A DNA stretch of 64,000 nucleotides from Candidatus Omnitrophota bacterium (lineage in GTDB: Bacteria > Omnitrophota > Gorgyraeia > Zapsychrales > Fredricksoniimonadaceae), in the NCBI GenBank assembly GCA_044225175.1, contig JBGAJA010000002.1:408991-472990 (forward strand), read 5' to 3'. The translations under genes and the position numbers were made by a program. This document shows positions 1 through 8,513 of this stretch, in pieces. Position 1 is the stretch's first letter; the number at the start of each line of letters is the position of its first letter. The notes below the pieces were generated by a model. That model saw only the letters and a list, made by a program, of their open reading frames with translations, had not been told where the DNA came from and ran no database searches.

Positions 1-51
1 ATTCCTGAAAGTTCCATTATCTATAAAGCTATTGAACAAGTATTGCTTAAG

Positions 52-459
52 ATGCCATATCAAGACTTTCTTTATGTGACCAACCGTCATAGGCCGATAC
101 TTTTTATTGATTATTATGATTCAGGAACAGCGCGCTTTGCTGGTTCCCAGGAGTTCTTCGTTAATCCTAATACTCCTCCATGCTGTCAGGAGGGATTTAC
201 TATAATCAAATTAGGTCAAGGTCTAGGAATTGCGAAAACACCTGAAGCCATCGAAGGAATCGTTGCTCACGAAATTGCTCATCGAGTCCTTGAACATATT
301 AAGAACGGTAATGTCAATTGTGACGCGGAACGTGAAGCCAATCGATTGATTAAGAAATGGGGATTTGAAAAAGAGTTCCAAGAAGCTAAAAAGATATTTG
401 GTACAAGAAAAGGCGACCCGGTTGGGTGCCAGGAAAAACCTAAAGGTAAGGACCTATGA
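52..459 (+). CDS. Hypothetical HExxH (HEIAH) metallopeptidase-like protein. The ORF track starts at a TTG at 43; the first ATG is at 52.
   Basis: The ORF contains HEIAHRVLEH, a zincin HExxH motif. No further homology was recognised. Confidence 0.35.
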   Translation: MPYQDFLYVTNRHRPILFIDYYDSGTARFAGSQEFFVNPNTPPCCQEGFTIIKLGQGLGIAKTPEAIEGIVAHEIAHRVLEHIKNGNVNCDAEREANRLIKKWGFEKEFQEAKKIFGTRKGDPVGCQEKPKGKDL

Positions 460-683
460 TTAAAAACAAGGGACAGTTCATTTTAGGGATATTTTATTCT
501 CTTTTGATCTTCTTTTTTGGGTATTTATCCTATTTTAAGAATTTAGCTTTCTCCCTCACAGTGCTCATTTCATTAATTATGGCCATGATGTTCTGGCGAA
601 AGAATAATAGCCTTGCGGTCGGAATATTATTCAGTGTGATTATTCAGATTGCAGTTTTTTTCTTAATTAATGCCAAGAGTTAA
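456..683 (+). CDS. Small hydrophobic membrane protein with two predicted TM helices.
   Basis: Hydrophobic composition. The start overlaps the upstream stop, and the gene is convergent with thiF. Confidence 0.3.
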   Translation: MIKNKGQFILGIFYSLLIFFFGYLSYFKNLAFSLTVLISLIMAMMFWRKNNSLAVGILFSVIIQIAVFFLINAKS

Positions 684-1271
684 ATCGAGCACTACTTCTG
701 CCATCATAGAAGCACAAGCAGTGACGCGTGGGGCCATAGGGGGATGGCCTTGATGGGAGTCGGTGGATCTATCTCCGCAGATGTACATGTTTCCAATTTT
801 CTTAACAGACATCGGTTGTTTCTGAGTTAAGCCTGCCATTCCAACCCCGCTGACAACTACAGGGAATCTAGAAGAGTAGTACTGGGCAAATCGGTATTTC
901 CAATCGGCCACATCGAAAGCTTCCACAATAAAATCGAACCCTCGAAAGAATTGATCGGCGTTTTGTTCATTCCATTCTTTTTGATGAATGATGATTTCCG
1001 CTTGAGGATTGATTTTTAAAAGACGCTTCTTAGTCATTTCAACTTTAGAAAGTCCAATCTCATCCAAGAAGTATTGCTGGCGATTTAAGTTTGAGGGGTC
1101 AATGACATCTTTATCAATGATTTCAAAGTGTTTGAAGCCGGTGCGAATCAGCATCATGGCACAATTCGAGCCAAGTCCTCCAGCCCCGCCAATACCAATC
1201 TTCTTGGATTGAATGGTCTGCAATTGTTCAGGTTTTAGGTACTTTAGCAGGCCTTGTTCAAAGATGTTCAT
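663..1271 (-). CDS. thiF: ThiF/MoeB-family sulfur-carrier adenylyltransferase (E1-like).
   Basis: GIGGAGGLGS nucleotide-binding motif, short ThiF-size protein, last gene of the thiSGH-thiF operon. Confidence 0.8.
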   Translation of the reverse strand: MNIFEQGLLKYLKPEQLQTIQSKKIGIGGAGGLGSNCAMMLIRTGFKHFEIIDKDVIDPSNLNRQQYFLDEIGLSKVEMTKKRLLKINPQAEIIIHQKEWNEQNADQFFRGFDFIVEAFDVADWKYRFAQYYSSRFPVVVSGVGMAGLTQKQPMSVKKIGNMYICGDRSTDSHQGHPPMAPRVTACASMMAEVVLDLTLGIN

Positions 1272-2326
1272 AGCGCATTCTCAATTCTTCGCCAGTCTGT
1301 AAAGATTGGATCAAAGTTCTTGGATTTAAGAAGGGCAATCACCTGGGCTACTGAACGCTCGTCTTTGATATCAAATTGGGGGTCTTGGTCGTCTTCTTCA
1401 ATGAGTGAATAGCCGCCTACGGATGTATTGGAGCCAGCAGACATACGTGTGATGCCAATTTCTAAGAGATGATCGCGAAGATTCGCATCTTCACGAGTTG
1501 AAAGATTGATTCCAACTCTGGGGAAAAGAATTCGGGTTAAAGCAACGATCTTGGTTAGTTTAATATCATCTACATCACAGTGGGCAAACTCTTGTGTCTT
1601 GATTGTACGCATTCTAGGGAATGATACGCTGTATTCCACTCCAGGATAATTCTTTTCCATTTCACGTAAGTGATTGTAGAGTTCAAACAAGTCTGTTGCG
1701 GTATCACTTAATCCCAAAAGAATCCCAATGGCAATCTGACGCATGCCAGCTTCCGCTGCCCTTTGGGGAGTGCCACGACGGAAATCATAATCTTTTTTAT
1801 AACCAGATAAATGCACTTGAGCATAACGGATGCGGTCATATGTTTCTTGATAGACTGTAATCCCATCAACACCTGCCGCAAAAAGCTCTTTATATTCATC
1901 TGTCTTCATAGGATGAACTTCCAGGGCAATGCCTTGGAAATAATTGGAAGCAATCTGGGCTGCTTCTTTTAAGTATTCTACAGGTGTGTGTTTATATGAT
2001 TCGCCGGTTAGCATTAAGAGATTGCGGATTCCTTGAGAATGGATGAATTCCATTTCCTTTTGGTATTGTGCTGGTTCAAGTTTGATACGAGTAATTTTAT
2101 TATTGCTATGAAATCCACAATAGGTGCAATGACTAGAGCAGTAATTCGATAAATATAAAGGGGAATACAAGCCAATCGTTCGTCCGAATTGCTGGCGAGT
2201 AATACGGGATGCTTCCTGAGCTAATTCTTCTAAGGATTCAGGTCTTTGATCATCTAAGAGATCTTTAATTTTTTGCAGTTGTATCATACAAAAATCCAGT
2301 GAGAGGAGAAGAGGGATTTGCTGCAT
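1268..2326 (-). CDS. thiH: 2-iminoacetate synthase ThiH (radical SAM).
   Basis: [10 protein letters not shown], i.e. a CxxxCxxC radical-SAM motif. Overall ThiH-like sequence. Overlaps the thiG 3' end, consistent with translational coupling. Confidence 0.85.
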   Translation of the reverse strand: MQQIPLLLSLDFCMIQLQKIKDLLDDQRPESLEELAQEASRITRQQFGRTIGLYSPLYLSNYCSSHCTYCGFHSNNKITRIKLEPAQYQKEMEFIHSQGIRNLLMLTGESYKHTPVEYLKEAAQIASNYFQGIALEVHPMKTDEYKELFAAGVDGITVYQETYDRIRYAQVHLSGYKKDYDFRRGTPQRAAEAGMRQIAIGILLGLSDTATDLFELYNHLREMEKNYPGVEYSVSFPRMRTIKTQEFAHCDVDDIKLTKIVALTRILFPRVGINLSTREDANLRDHLLEIGITRMSAGSNTSVGGYSLIEEDDQDPQFDIKDERSVAQVIALLKSKNFDPIFTDWRRIENAL

Positions 2327-3053
2327 CTTGTTGAGCAGGTAGTTGGCTTAAATAAGCCATATGCCCCGCTTCAACGGCTTGGGCAAAGGCTTTGGCTAAC
2401 AAAGGAGGATTCTGCGCACTTGCAACCGCTGTGTTGCAAAGAATAGCATCAGCTCCCATTTCCATAGCTTCAGCTGCTTGAGAAGGAGCGCCAATGCCTG
2501 CATCCACGACGATAGGAAGATCAATTTCATCGATTAGAATTTTGATAAATTCTTTGGTTTTAAGCCCTTGATTGCTTCCAATTAAAGACCCCAAAGGCAT
2601 GATCGTTGCCGCGCCAGCTTTCACGAGTGCGCGTGCCGTATAAAGATCAGGGTACATATATGGTAGGACTATAAATCCTTCTGCTGCTAGGATTTCGGTT
2701 GCTTTGATTGTTTCAACATTATCTGGCAGTAAGTATTTGCTGTCATTGATGACTTCAATCTTGACCCAGTTGCCACAGCCGGACGCTTTAGCTAGGCGTG
2801 CAATTCTAACAGCTTCCTGTGCTGTACGCGCGCCAGAAGTATTTGTTAAAAGTGTTACATTTTTAGGGATATATTCGAGGATATTGTCTTCGTGGCGTTC
2901 TAAGTCAATACGGCGAAGGGCCACGGTCACAATTTCACTTTCCGAAGCCAGAATTGTATCAGAGAGATCTTTTTTGTTTTTAAATTTACCGGTGCCTAAC
3001 AAAAAGCGGCTTTTGAATTGTTTACCAGCTATAATTAAAGGGGAGTCGTTCAT
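2265..3053 (-). CDS. thiG: Thiazole synthase ThiG. The start was trimmed to [11 protein letters not shown]; the ORF track extends it to 3122.
   Basis: Conserved ThiG sequence with the KFKN..GTGK region and a TIM-barrel ThiG C-terminal half. Confidence 0.85.
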   Translation of the reverse strand: MNDSPLIIAGKQFKSRFLLGTGKFKNKKDLSDTILASESEIVTVALRRIDLERHEDNILEYIPKNVTLLTNTSGARTAQEAVRIARLAKASGCGNWVKIEVINDSKYLLPDNVETIKATEILAAEGFIVLPYMYPDLYTARALVKAGAATIMPLGSLIGSNQGLKTKEFIKILIDEIDLPIVVDAGIGAPSQAAEAMEMGADAILCNTAVASAQNPPLLAKAFAQAVEAGHMAYLSQLPAQQDAANPSSPLTGFLYDTTAKN

Positions 3054-3055
3054 TG

Positions 3056-3256
3056 TTAACCGCCTCCAACAAAGGCGACTAATTCGATAGTATCTCCGTC
3101 TTTGATGGGAGTTGTCGTCCAATTGCCAGAGACAACAATATTTCCATTAACTTCAGTGATGATATGTTTTGGTTCTTTACAAAATTGGCTCACCAGATCA
3201 GAAAGATGAGGGGTATTAGAAAATTCTTTGACTGTTCCGTTGATTGTGACTTTCAT
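3056..3256 (-). CDS. thiS: Sulfur carrier protein ThiS.
   Basis: 66 aa, ends in GG, lies immediately upstream of thiG. Confidence 0.75.
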   Translation of the reverse strand: MKVTINGTVKEFSNTPHLSDLVSQFCKEPKHIITEVNGNIVVSGNWTTTPIKDGDTIELVAFVGGG

Positions 3257-3527
3257 AAAAATCCTCCAGTTAAGGTGTCCATTGTAGAGGATTTGGTTTG
3301 AAAAATCAAATATCTCATGGGTGAGGGAAAATTAAAAAAATTTCTCATTTTTAGTTTTGATTTGGTATAAAATAAGGCTATCAAATTAGAGAAGTTACCT
3401 CAGAAAAAACACTTTTATTTTGGAACGATTTTTGTATAATACACTGTTTTTTCGAAAGATTTATTAACAGACCCAACAGGTCGTCAAGATCTGTTCGCCA
3501 GAGTGAGGCTGGCATAAGGAGCATAAA

Positions 3528-3956
3528 ATGGGCAAACCTGGAGTATTCGGGTACGAGTTGTTGTTGGACCTCTATGATTGTAAGGCGGGTGTTTGTGATG
3601 ATTTAACCGTTTGTTACAACTTTCTAGATGAAGTTGTTGGATTTCTAGGAATGGAAAAACAAGCGCCACCATCAATCTTTCGTTCTGACGCCTCACGCTT
3701 TCCAGATAAAGCAGGTCTTTCTGGTTGGGTGCCATTGATTGAAAGTTCGATCGTCATTCACACACTGACTCCTAAGGACTTTATTACGGTCGACATTTAT
3801 TGTTGCCGTGCCTTTGATCAGAAAAAAGCAGAAGAATTTTGCCGTAAGTTTTTCTCTCCAAAACGCGTTGAAACACAATTTGTAGAACGTGGTTTGAGTT
3901 ATTACAGCAAAGAAGAAGTAGCCGCACTCAAAGAAAAAGAGTTGGTACATAAATAA
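3528..3956 (+). CDS. speD: S-adenosylmethionine decarboxylase proenzyme (small bacterial, pyruvoyl type).
   Basis: Size about 125-140 aa, an LIESS self-cleavage motif (Glu-Ser), and family-like sequence. Confidence 0.75.
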   Translation: MGKPGVFGYELLLDLYDCKAGVCDDLTVCYNFLDEVVGFLGMEKQAPPSIFRSDASRFPDKAGLSGWVPLIESSIVIHTLTPKDFITVDIYCCRAFDQKKAEEFCRKFFSPKRVETQFVERGLSYYSKEEVAALKEKELVHK

Positions 3957-4024
3957 AATTCCTGATTTAGGAATAGAAATAATAAAGGGGATTGGCTAAT
4001 AACTAATCCCCTTCACTTTTTAAC

Positions 4025-6547
4025 ATGCCCTATACTACAAACGATATTAAAGCAATTGAAGCCAAGTGGCAGAAATTCTGGGATGATCAGAAGACCTTTA
4101 AGGTTGAAGCGGATCCTTCTAAGAAGAAGTATTATGTCTTGGAAATGTTCCCATATCCCTCCGGCAAAATCCACATGGGCCATGTGCGCAATTACACAAT
4201 TGGCGATGTGATTGCCCGTTACAAAATGATGCAAGGTTTTAATGTACTACATCCCATTGGCTATGATGCCTTTGGACAACCCGCCGAAAACGCAGCAATC
4301 AAACACAAAACAAATCCCTCTGACTGGACATACAAATGCATTGAACAAATGCATGACGAATTAAAGAAGATGGGATTTTCTTATAACTGGGACCGTGAAT
4401 TCTCGACCTGTGATAGTGAATACTACAAATGGAATCAGTGGATTTTTATTAAGATGTATGAGAAGGGCTTAGCTTATAAGAAAGCTTCTTCCGTTAATTG
4501 GTGCCCTAGTTGTCAGACGACACTCGCCAATGAAGAAGTGATTGATGGGGCTTGTTGGCGGTGCAAAACAGTTGTGGATCAAAAAGATTTGGATCAATGG
4601 TATCTGAAGATCACTCAGTATGCTGAAAGCTTACTGGAAGATTTGAAACAGTTGGATCAATGGCCTTCACGTGTGCGTGCCATGCAAGAGAATTGGATTG
4701 GTAAAAGCTTTGGTGTGGAGATTTATTTCAAAATTGTAGGGGTGGGTTCCAAACCCACCCAACAAAAGGCAGGTTTAGAACCTGCCCCTACAGATGATGT
4801 AATCAAGGTTTTCACCACACGTCCGGATACTATCTTTGGTGCAACCTACGTCGTACTTGCCCCTGAACATCCCTTAGTTAAGAAATTGGTTAAAGGAACT
4901 CCTCAAGAAAAAGATGTTTTAGCATTTATCGAAAAGACGGCTAATAAAAGCAAGTCTATGCGTATGTCTGGTGGAGAACGTAAAGAAGGAATAGCTCTTG
5001 GGATTCATGCGATTAATCCAGTGAATGGAGAATCTATTCCAGTATTTATAGGGGACTATGTTCTCATGGATTATGGAACGGGTGCCATTATGGCAGTTCC
5101 AACACATGATCAGCGTGATTTCGAATTTGCCAACACGCATAAGCTTCCCATGCGCATTGTTATTCAGCATCCCAAAGAAGCCTTTACATTAGAAAGCATG
5201 TCTCAAGCCTATGAGGATCCAGGTGTTCTTGTGAATTCCAAGGAATTTGATGGCATTGGTAATGAAGAAGCTAAGAAGAAAATTGGCGAATGGATGACTC
5301 AAGAAAAAATGGGTAAGATCACTGTCCACTGGCGCTTGCGTGATTGGCTTATTTCTCGTCAGCGTTATTGGGGAACGCCCATTCCTATGATCTATTGTGA
5401 TAGTTGCGGGGTTGTACCTGTTCCTTATGAACAATTGCCCGTTGAATTGCCTAAGAATGTTGAGATTACAGGTCAGGGAGGCAGTCCATTAAATCGTGTG
5501 TCAGAATTCGTGAATGTGTCTTGTCCTAAATGCAAGAAAGCAGCCCGTCGTGAAACAGACACGATGGCCACATTCTTTGATTCTTCTTGGTATTTCTTAA
5601 GATTTTGCTCCGCACATAATGATAAAGAGGTGTTTAATAAGAATAATGCCAAGTATTGGATGACAGTTGATCAATACATTGGGGGGATTGAACATGCCAT
5701 TCTTCATTTGCTCTATTCTCGTTTCTTCACCAAGTTCTTTAAAGATTTAGGATTGATTGACTCAAGCGAACCTTTTAACCGTTTACTGACTCAAGGGATG
5801 GTGCTTAAAGATGGGGAGGTCATGTCTAAGTCTCGGGGCAATACGGTGGATCCAGATGAAGTCTTAAGCAAATATGGTGCAGATACACTTCGTTTGTTCA
5901 TTCTTTTTGCAGCTCCTCCAGAAGATCAACTGGAGTGGAATAGCGACGGGCTAGAAGGTTCTTGGAGGTTCTTGAATCGTGTGTATCAAATGGTTGAGAA
6001 ACGTTATGTGAAAGATGTAAAAGAAGAGGGTAAGGATCAGGTATTGGAACGAGCCCGTCATTCTGCCATCAAACAAATCACTCAATCGTTTGAAGAAGGA
6101 TATAAATTTAATACCGCTATCAGCCAGATGATGATTTTGGCAAATGCCATTGATAAATATAAGCCAGAATCCACGAGCACATTGAATCAAGCCATCGAAA
6201 CGCTCGTCTTATTATTAGGCCCTTTTGCGCCTCACATGTGCGAAGAGCTTTGGCAAATGATGTCCGCCAGAGGCGGATCCGCCTTTGGCGGAGGTCAAGA
6301 CTATTCTAGTATTAGCCGTGTTGCCTGGCCCAAATTCGATGAAGCAGCCCTTATCCAAGATGAAATCACATATGCCATTCAAATCAATGGTAAGGTCAGA
6401 AGCGAAGTCAAAGCCTCAGTCACAGCCACCCAAGAAGACTTGCAGAAGTTAGTCTTAGCCGATGCCAATGTCGCCCGCTATTTAGAGGGCGCCACCATCA
6501 AAAAATTCATTGTCGTCCCAAAGAAATTAGTTAGTATAGTCATTTAG
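4025..6547 (+). CDS. leuS: Leucyl-tRNA synthetase.
   Basis: HMGH motif (PSGKIHMGHVRNY), a KMSKS-like SKSRGN motif, 840 aa. The gene carries two in-frame palindromic insertions (4736-4791 and 6266-6299). Confidence 0.95.
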   Translation: MPYTTNDIKAIEAKWQKFWDDQKTFKVEADPSKKKYYVLEMFPYPSGKIHMGHVRNYTIGDVIARYKMMQGFNVLHPIGYDAFGQPAENAAIKHKTNPSDWTYKCIEQMHDELKKMGFSYNWDREFSTCDSEYYKWNQWIFIKMYEKGLAYKKASSVNWCPSCQTTLANEEVIDGACWRCKTVVDQKDLDQWYLKITQYAESLLEDLKQLDQWPSRVRAMQENWIGKSFGVEIYFKIVGVGSKPTQQKAGLEPAPTDDVIKVFTTRPDTIFGATYVVLAPEHPLVKKLVKGTPQEKDVLAFIEKTANKSKSMRMSGGERKEGIALGIHAINPVNGESIPVFIGDYVLMDYGTGAIMAVPTHDQRDFEFANTHKLPMRIVIQHPKEAFTLESMSQAYEDPGVLVNSKEFDGIGNEEAKKKIGEWMTQEKMGKITVHWRLRDWLISRQRYWGTPIPMIYCDSCGVVPVPYEQLPVELPKNVEITGQGGSPLNRVSEFVNVSCPKCKKAARRETDTMATFFDSSWYFLRFCSAHNDKEVFNKNNAKYWMTVDQYIGGIEHAILHLLYSRFFTKFFKDLGLIDSSEPFNRLLTQGMVLKDGEVMSKSRGNTVDPDEVLSKYGADTLRLFILFAAPPEDQLEWNSDGLEGSWRFLNRVYQMVEKRYVKDVKEEGKDQVLERARHSAIKQITQSFEEGYKFNTAISQMMILANAIDKYKPESTSTLNQAIETLVLLLGPFAPHMCEELWQMMSARGGSAFGGGQDYSSISRVAWPKFDEAALIQDEITYAIQINGKVRSEVKASVTATQEDLQKLVLADANVARYLEGATIKKFIVVPKKLVSIVI
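4736..4791. repeat. REP-like nested palindrome, family A, with outer stem GTAGGG...CCCTAC. It lies in frame inside leuS.
   Basis: The sequence is gtaggggtgggttccaaacccacccaacaaaaggcaggtttagaacctgcccctac. It contains two internal hairpins, GGTGGGTT/AACCCACC and GCAGGTTT/AACCTGC. Its translation within leuS is VGVGSKPTQQKAGLEPAPT. Confidence 0.85.
6266..6299. repeat. 22-bp perfect palindrome CCAGAGGCGGATCCGCCTTTGG plus flanks, family D. It lies in frame inside leuS.
   Basis: A nearly identical 34-nt stretch is found at 29555-29588 inside the second large secreted protein gene. Within leuS it translates as ARGGSAFGGGQ. Confidence 0.7.
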
Positions 6548-6553
6548 TTGTCC

Positions 6554-6578
6554 CCGTAATCCCCTTACGGTTTAAATA
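6554..6578 (+). terminator. Candidate rho-independent terminator after leuS.
   Basis: A CCGTAA/TTACGG stem with a tcccc loop, followed by tttaaat. Confidence 0.3.
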
Positions 6579-6619
6579 AAAATTCCCCAAAAATCCCAAA
6601 AAATCCACGAGGGGAACCT

Positions 6620-7171
6620 ATGTCTGAAAGAAAGCAATTACGGTTAAAGAATTATGAATATTCTGCGGCGGGGTATTATTTTGTGACGATTTGTGTTCAG
6701 GATCGTGTTCGTTTGTTTGGGGAAATAATAAATAATGAAATGATTTTAAACGAAACCGGAGAAATTCTAAAATTTACATGGTTTGATTTGGTAAATCATA
6801 ATGCAAATATTATATTGGATCATTTTGTGATCATGCCGAATCATATTCATGGAATTATACAAATCGTAGGGGCGGGTTCTGAACCCGCCTTTATGCCCAA
6901 TGGGGCAGGTTTGGAACCTGCCCCTACGACATTGGCAGAAATTGTTCGTCAATTTAAAACATTTTCATCAAAACGAATCAATAAATTATGCAATACGCCG
7001 GGCACAAAAATCTGGCAACGCAATTATTATGAACGTGTTATCAGAAATGAAAAAGAATTGAATAATATTCGACAATATATACAAGACAATCCTATAAATT
7101 GGGAATTTGATGAAAATTATTGTAGAGGTGGGTTCCAAACCCACCTTTTATGCGTAATAGGGCAGGTTTAG
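6620..7171 (+). mobile_element. REP-associated tyrosine transposase (RAYT, IS200/IS605-like TnpA_REP). It carries an internal REP insertion and a 3' end encoded by a REP.
   Basis: HuH motif (PNHIHGII) and the RAYT signature WQRNYYERVIRNE. A REP copy lies in frame between these two motifs, and another overlaps the last 16 codons. Confidence 0.85.
6866..6927. repeat. REP-like palindrome, family A, in frame inside the RAYT gene.
   Basis: The sequence is gtaggggcgggttctgaacccgcctttatgcccaatggggcaggtttggaacctgcccctac. It translates as VGAGSEPAFMPNGAGLEPAPT. Confidence 0.85.
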
Positions 7172-7184
7172 AACCTGCCCCTAC
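7122..7184. repeat. REP-like palindrome, family A, overlapping the RAYT 3' end and stop codon.
   Basis: The sequence is gtagaggtgggttccaaacccaccttttatgcgtaatagggcaggtttagaacctgcccctac. Confidence 0.85.
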
Positions 7185-7226
7185 GTAGATATTGTAAATA
7201 TTAATTGATTGGAATATACTGTCTTC

Positions 7227-8513
7227 ATGAAATTTTACGCTGACCTTCATATTCATTCCAAATACTCCCGTGCTACATCCAAAGATCTTGATTTAGAACA
7301 CCTTTACCTGTGGGCCCAATATAAGGGGATTCACGTCGTGGGGACAGGGGATTTTGTGCATCCGGCTTGGCTTAAAGAGATGGAAGAGAAGTTAGAGCCG
7401 GCTGAAGAAGGGTTATTTAAGCTTAAAGATCAATTTGCTAAAGAGATCGATAAAATTGTCCCAAAATCCTGCCAAATGCCCGTCCGATTTATGCTGACGG
7501 TTGAGATTTCTAATATTTATAAGAGGTTAGATAAGGTACGTAAGGTCCATAATTTGATTTGGGCGCCTTCGATTGAATCAGCTAAGAAGATTCAGGCCAA
7601 GCTTGGCAGCATTGGTAATATCAAATCCGACGGGCGACCTATTCTGGGCCTTGATTCTAAAGATCTGCTGGAAATTACACTCGAAGCAGATCCCAAAAAC
7701 ATCTTTGTTCCAGCCCATATCTGGACGCCTTGGTTTTCTGCACTTGGTTCAATGGGTGGCTTTGATCGTATGGAAGATTGCTTTGCAGATCTAACCAAGC
7801 ATATCTTTGCCGTTGAAACTGGTCTTTCATCAGATCCTTTGATGAATTGGCGGCTTAAGCAATTGGATTCATTTATTCTAGTCTCTAACTCTGATGCTCA
7901 TTCTCCTGGCAAATTAGGACGCGAGTGTAATGTATTTGATACAGAATTATCTTACCCTGCCATTTATAGTGCTTTATCCAATGAGAATGATAAGGGATTA
8001 GTGGGAACACTTGAGTTTTTTCCTGAAGAAGGAAAGTATCACTACGACGGACATCGTAATTGCCATGTGCGCTGGCATCCGAAACAAACAATTGAGAATC
8101 AGGGAATATGTACAGGTTGCGGGAAACCTGTCACTGTGGGCGTCATGGCTCGTGTCGAGCAATTAGCGGATAGACCCGAAGGACAAAAAGGCAAACGCCA
8201 TCGTCCTTATTGGAATTTAGTGACTTTACCGGAAGTCATTGCGGGAGCTAAAGGTGTTGGTTCCTCTAGTAAAGCCGTTCAAGCCGTGTATATGAATATG
8301 CTTAGCCAGATTGGCAATGAGTTCTATATCTTACTTGATGCTTCGATCGATGAAATTCGCTCTGTTGCAGGAGAGGTTATTGCAGAGGGAATTAGCCGCA
8401 TGCGAAAAGGTGATATTAAGATTGCAGCTGGATATGATGGTGAGTATGGAACGATTGAAATCTTCAAAGACGGCGAGCGCGATTTAATCGAAAAGCAATT
8501 GGCACTCTTCTAA
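7227..8513 (+). CDS. PHP-domain phosphoesterase/nuclease, EndoQ-like (TIGR00375-type). The ORF track starts at a TTG at 7209.
   Basis: N-terminal MKFYADLHIHSKYS PHP motif, additional His/Asp clusters, and a C-terminal CTGCGKP zinc-finger-like motif. The stop overlaps the start of the helicase gene (TAATG). Confidence 0.6.
   Translation: MKFYADLHIHSKYSRATSKDLDLEHLYLWAQYKGIHVVGTGDFVHPAWLKEMEEKLEPAEEGLFKLKDQFAKEIDKIVPKSCQMPVRFMLTVEISNIYKRLDKVRKVHNLIWAPSIESAKKIQAKLGSIGNIKSDGRPILGLDSKDLLEITLEADPKNIFVPAHIWTPWFSALGSMGGFDRMEDCFADLTKHIFAVETGLSSDPLMNWRLKQLDSFILVSNSDAHSPGKLGRECNVFDTELSYPAIYSALSNENDKGLVGTLEFFPEEGKYHYDGHRNCHVRWHPKQTIENQGICTGCGKPVTVGVMARVEQLADRPEGQKGKRHRPYWNLVTLPEVIAGAKGVGSSSKAVQAVYMNMLSQIGNEFYILLDASIDEIRSVAGEVIAEGISRMRKGDIKIAAGYDGEYGTIEIFKDGERDLIEKQLALF

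Noticed and set aside
43-51. Non-ATG starts proposed by the ORF track: TTG at 43, 7209, 38987, 40353 and 43771; GTG at 10169 and 58357.
   Set aside because: In each case a downstream in-frame ATG gives an N-terminus matching the family (e.g. MNIAIIGSGYVG for ugd, MKFYADLHIHS for the PHP protein) or avoids reading through a palindromic element (comEA). The trimmed starts are used in the feature list.
1009-1212. Numerous short ORFs in the six-frame track lying antisense to or inside long conserved genes.
   Set aside because: Examples are 1009..1212, 1621..1860, 4919..5170, 14673..15044, 23267..23500 and 36527..36787. They are fully embedded in well-supported genes (thiF, thiH, leuS, clpB, dnaK, glk), have no RBS or homology, and are typical spurious frames in AT-rich DNA.
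3257-3527. Possible TPP riboswitch (THI element) in the 270-bp leader upstream of thiS on the minus strand.
   Set aside because: I read the minus strand of this interval. I could not find the conserved THI-box core, i.e. the CUGAGA ... ACCUGAUCUGGAUAAUGCCAGCGUAGGGA-like segments. There is only a CUGAGG and AT-rich sequence. A covariance-model scan (Rfam RF00059) would settle it. The region also has to house the divergent speD promoter.
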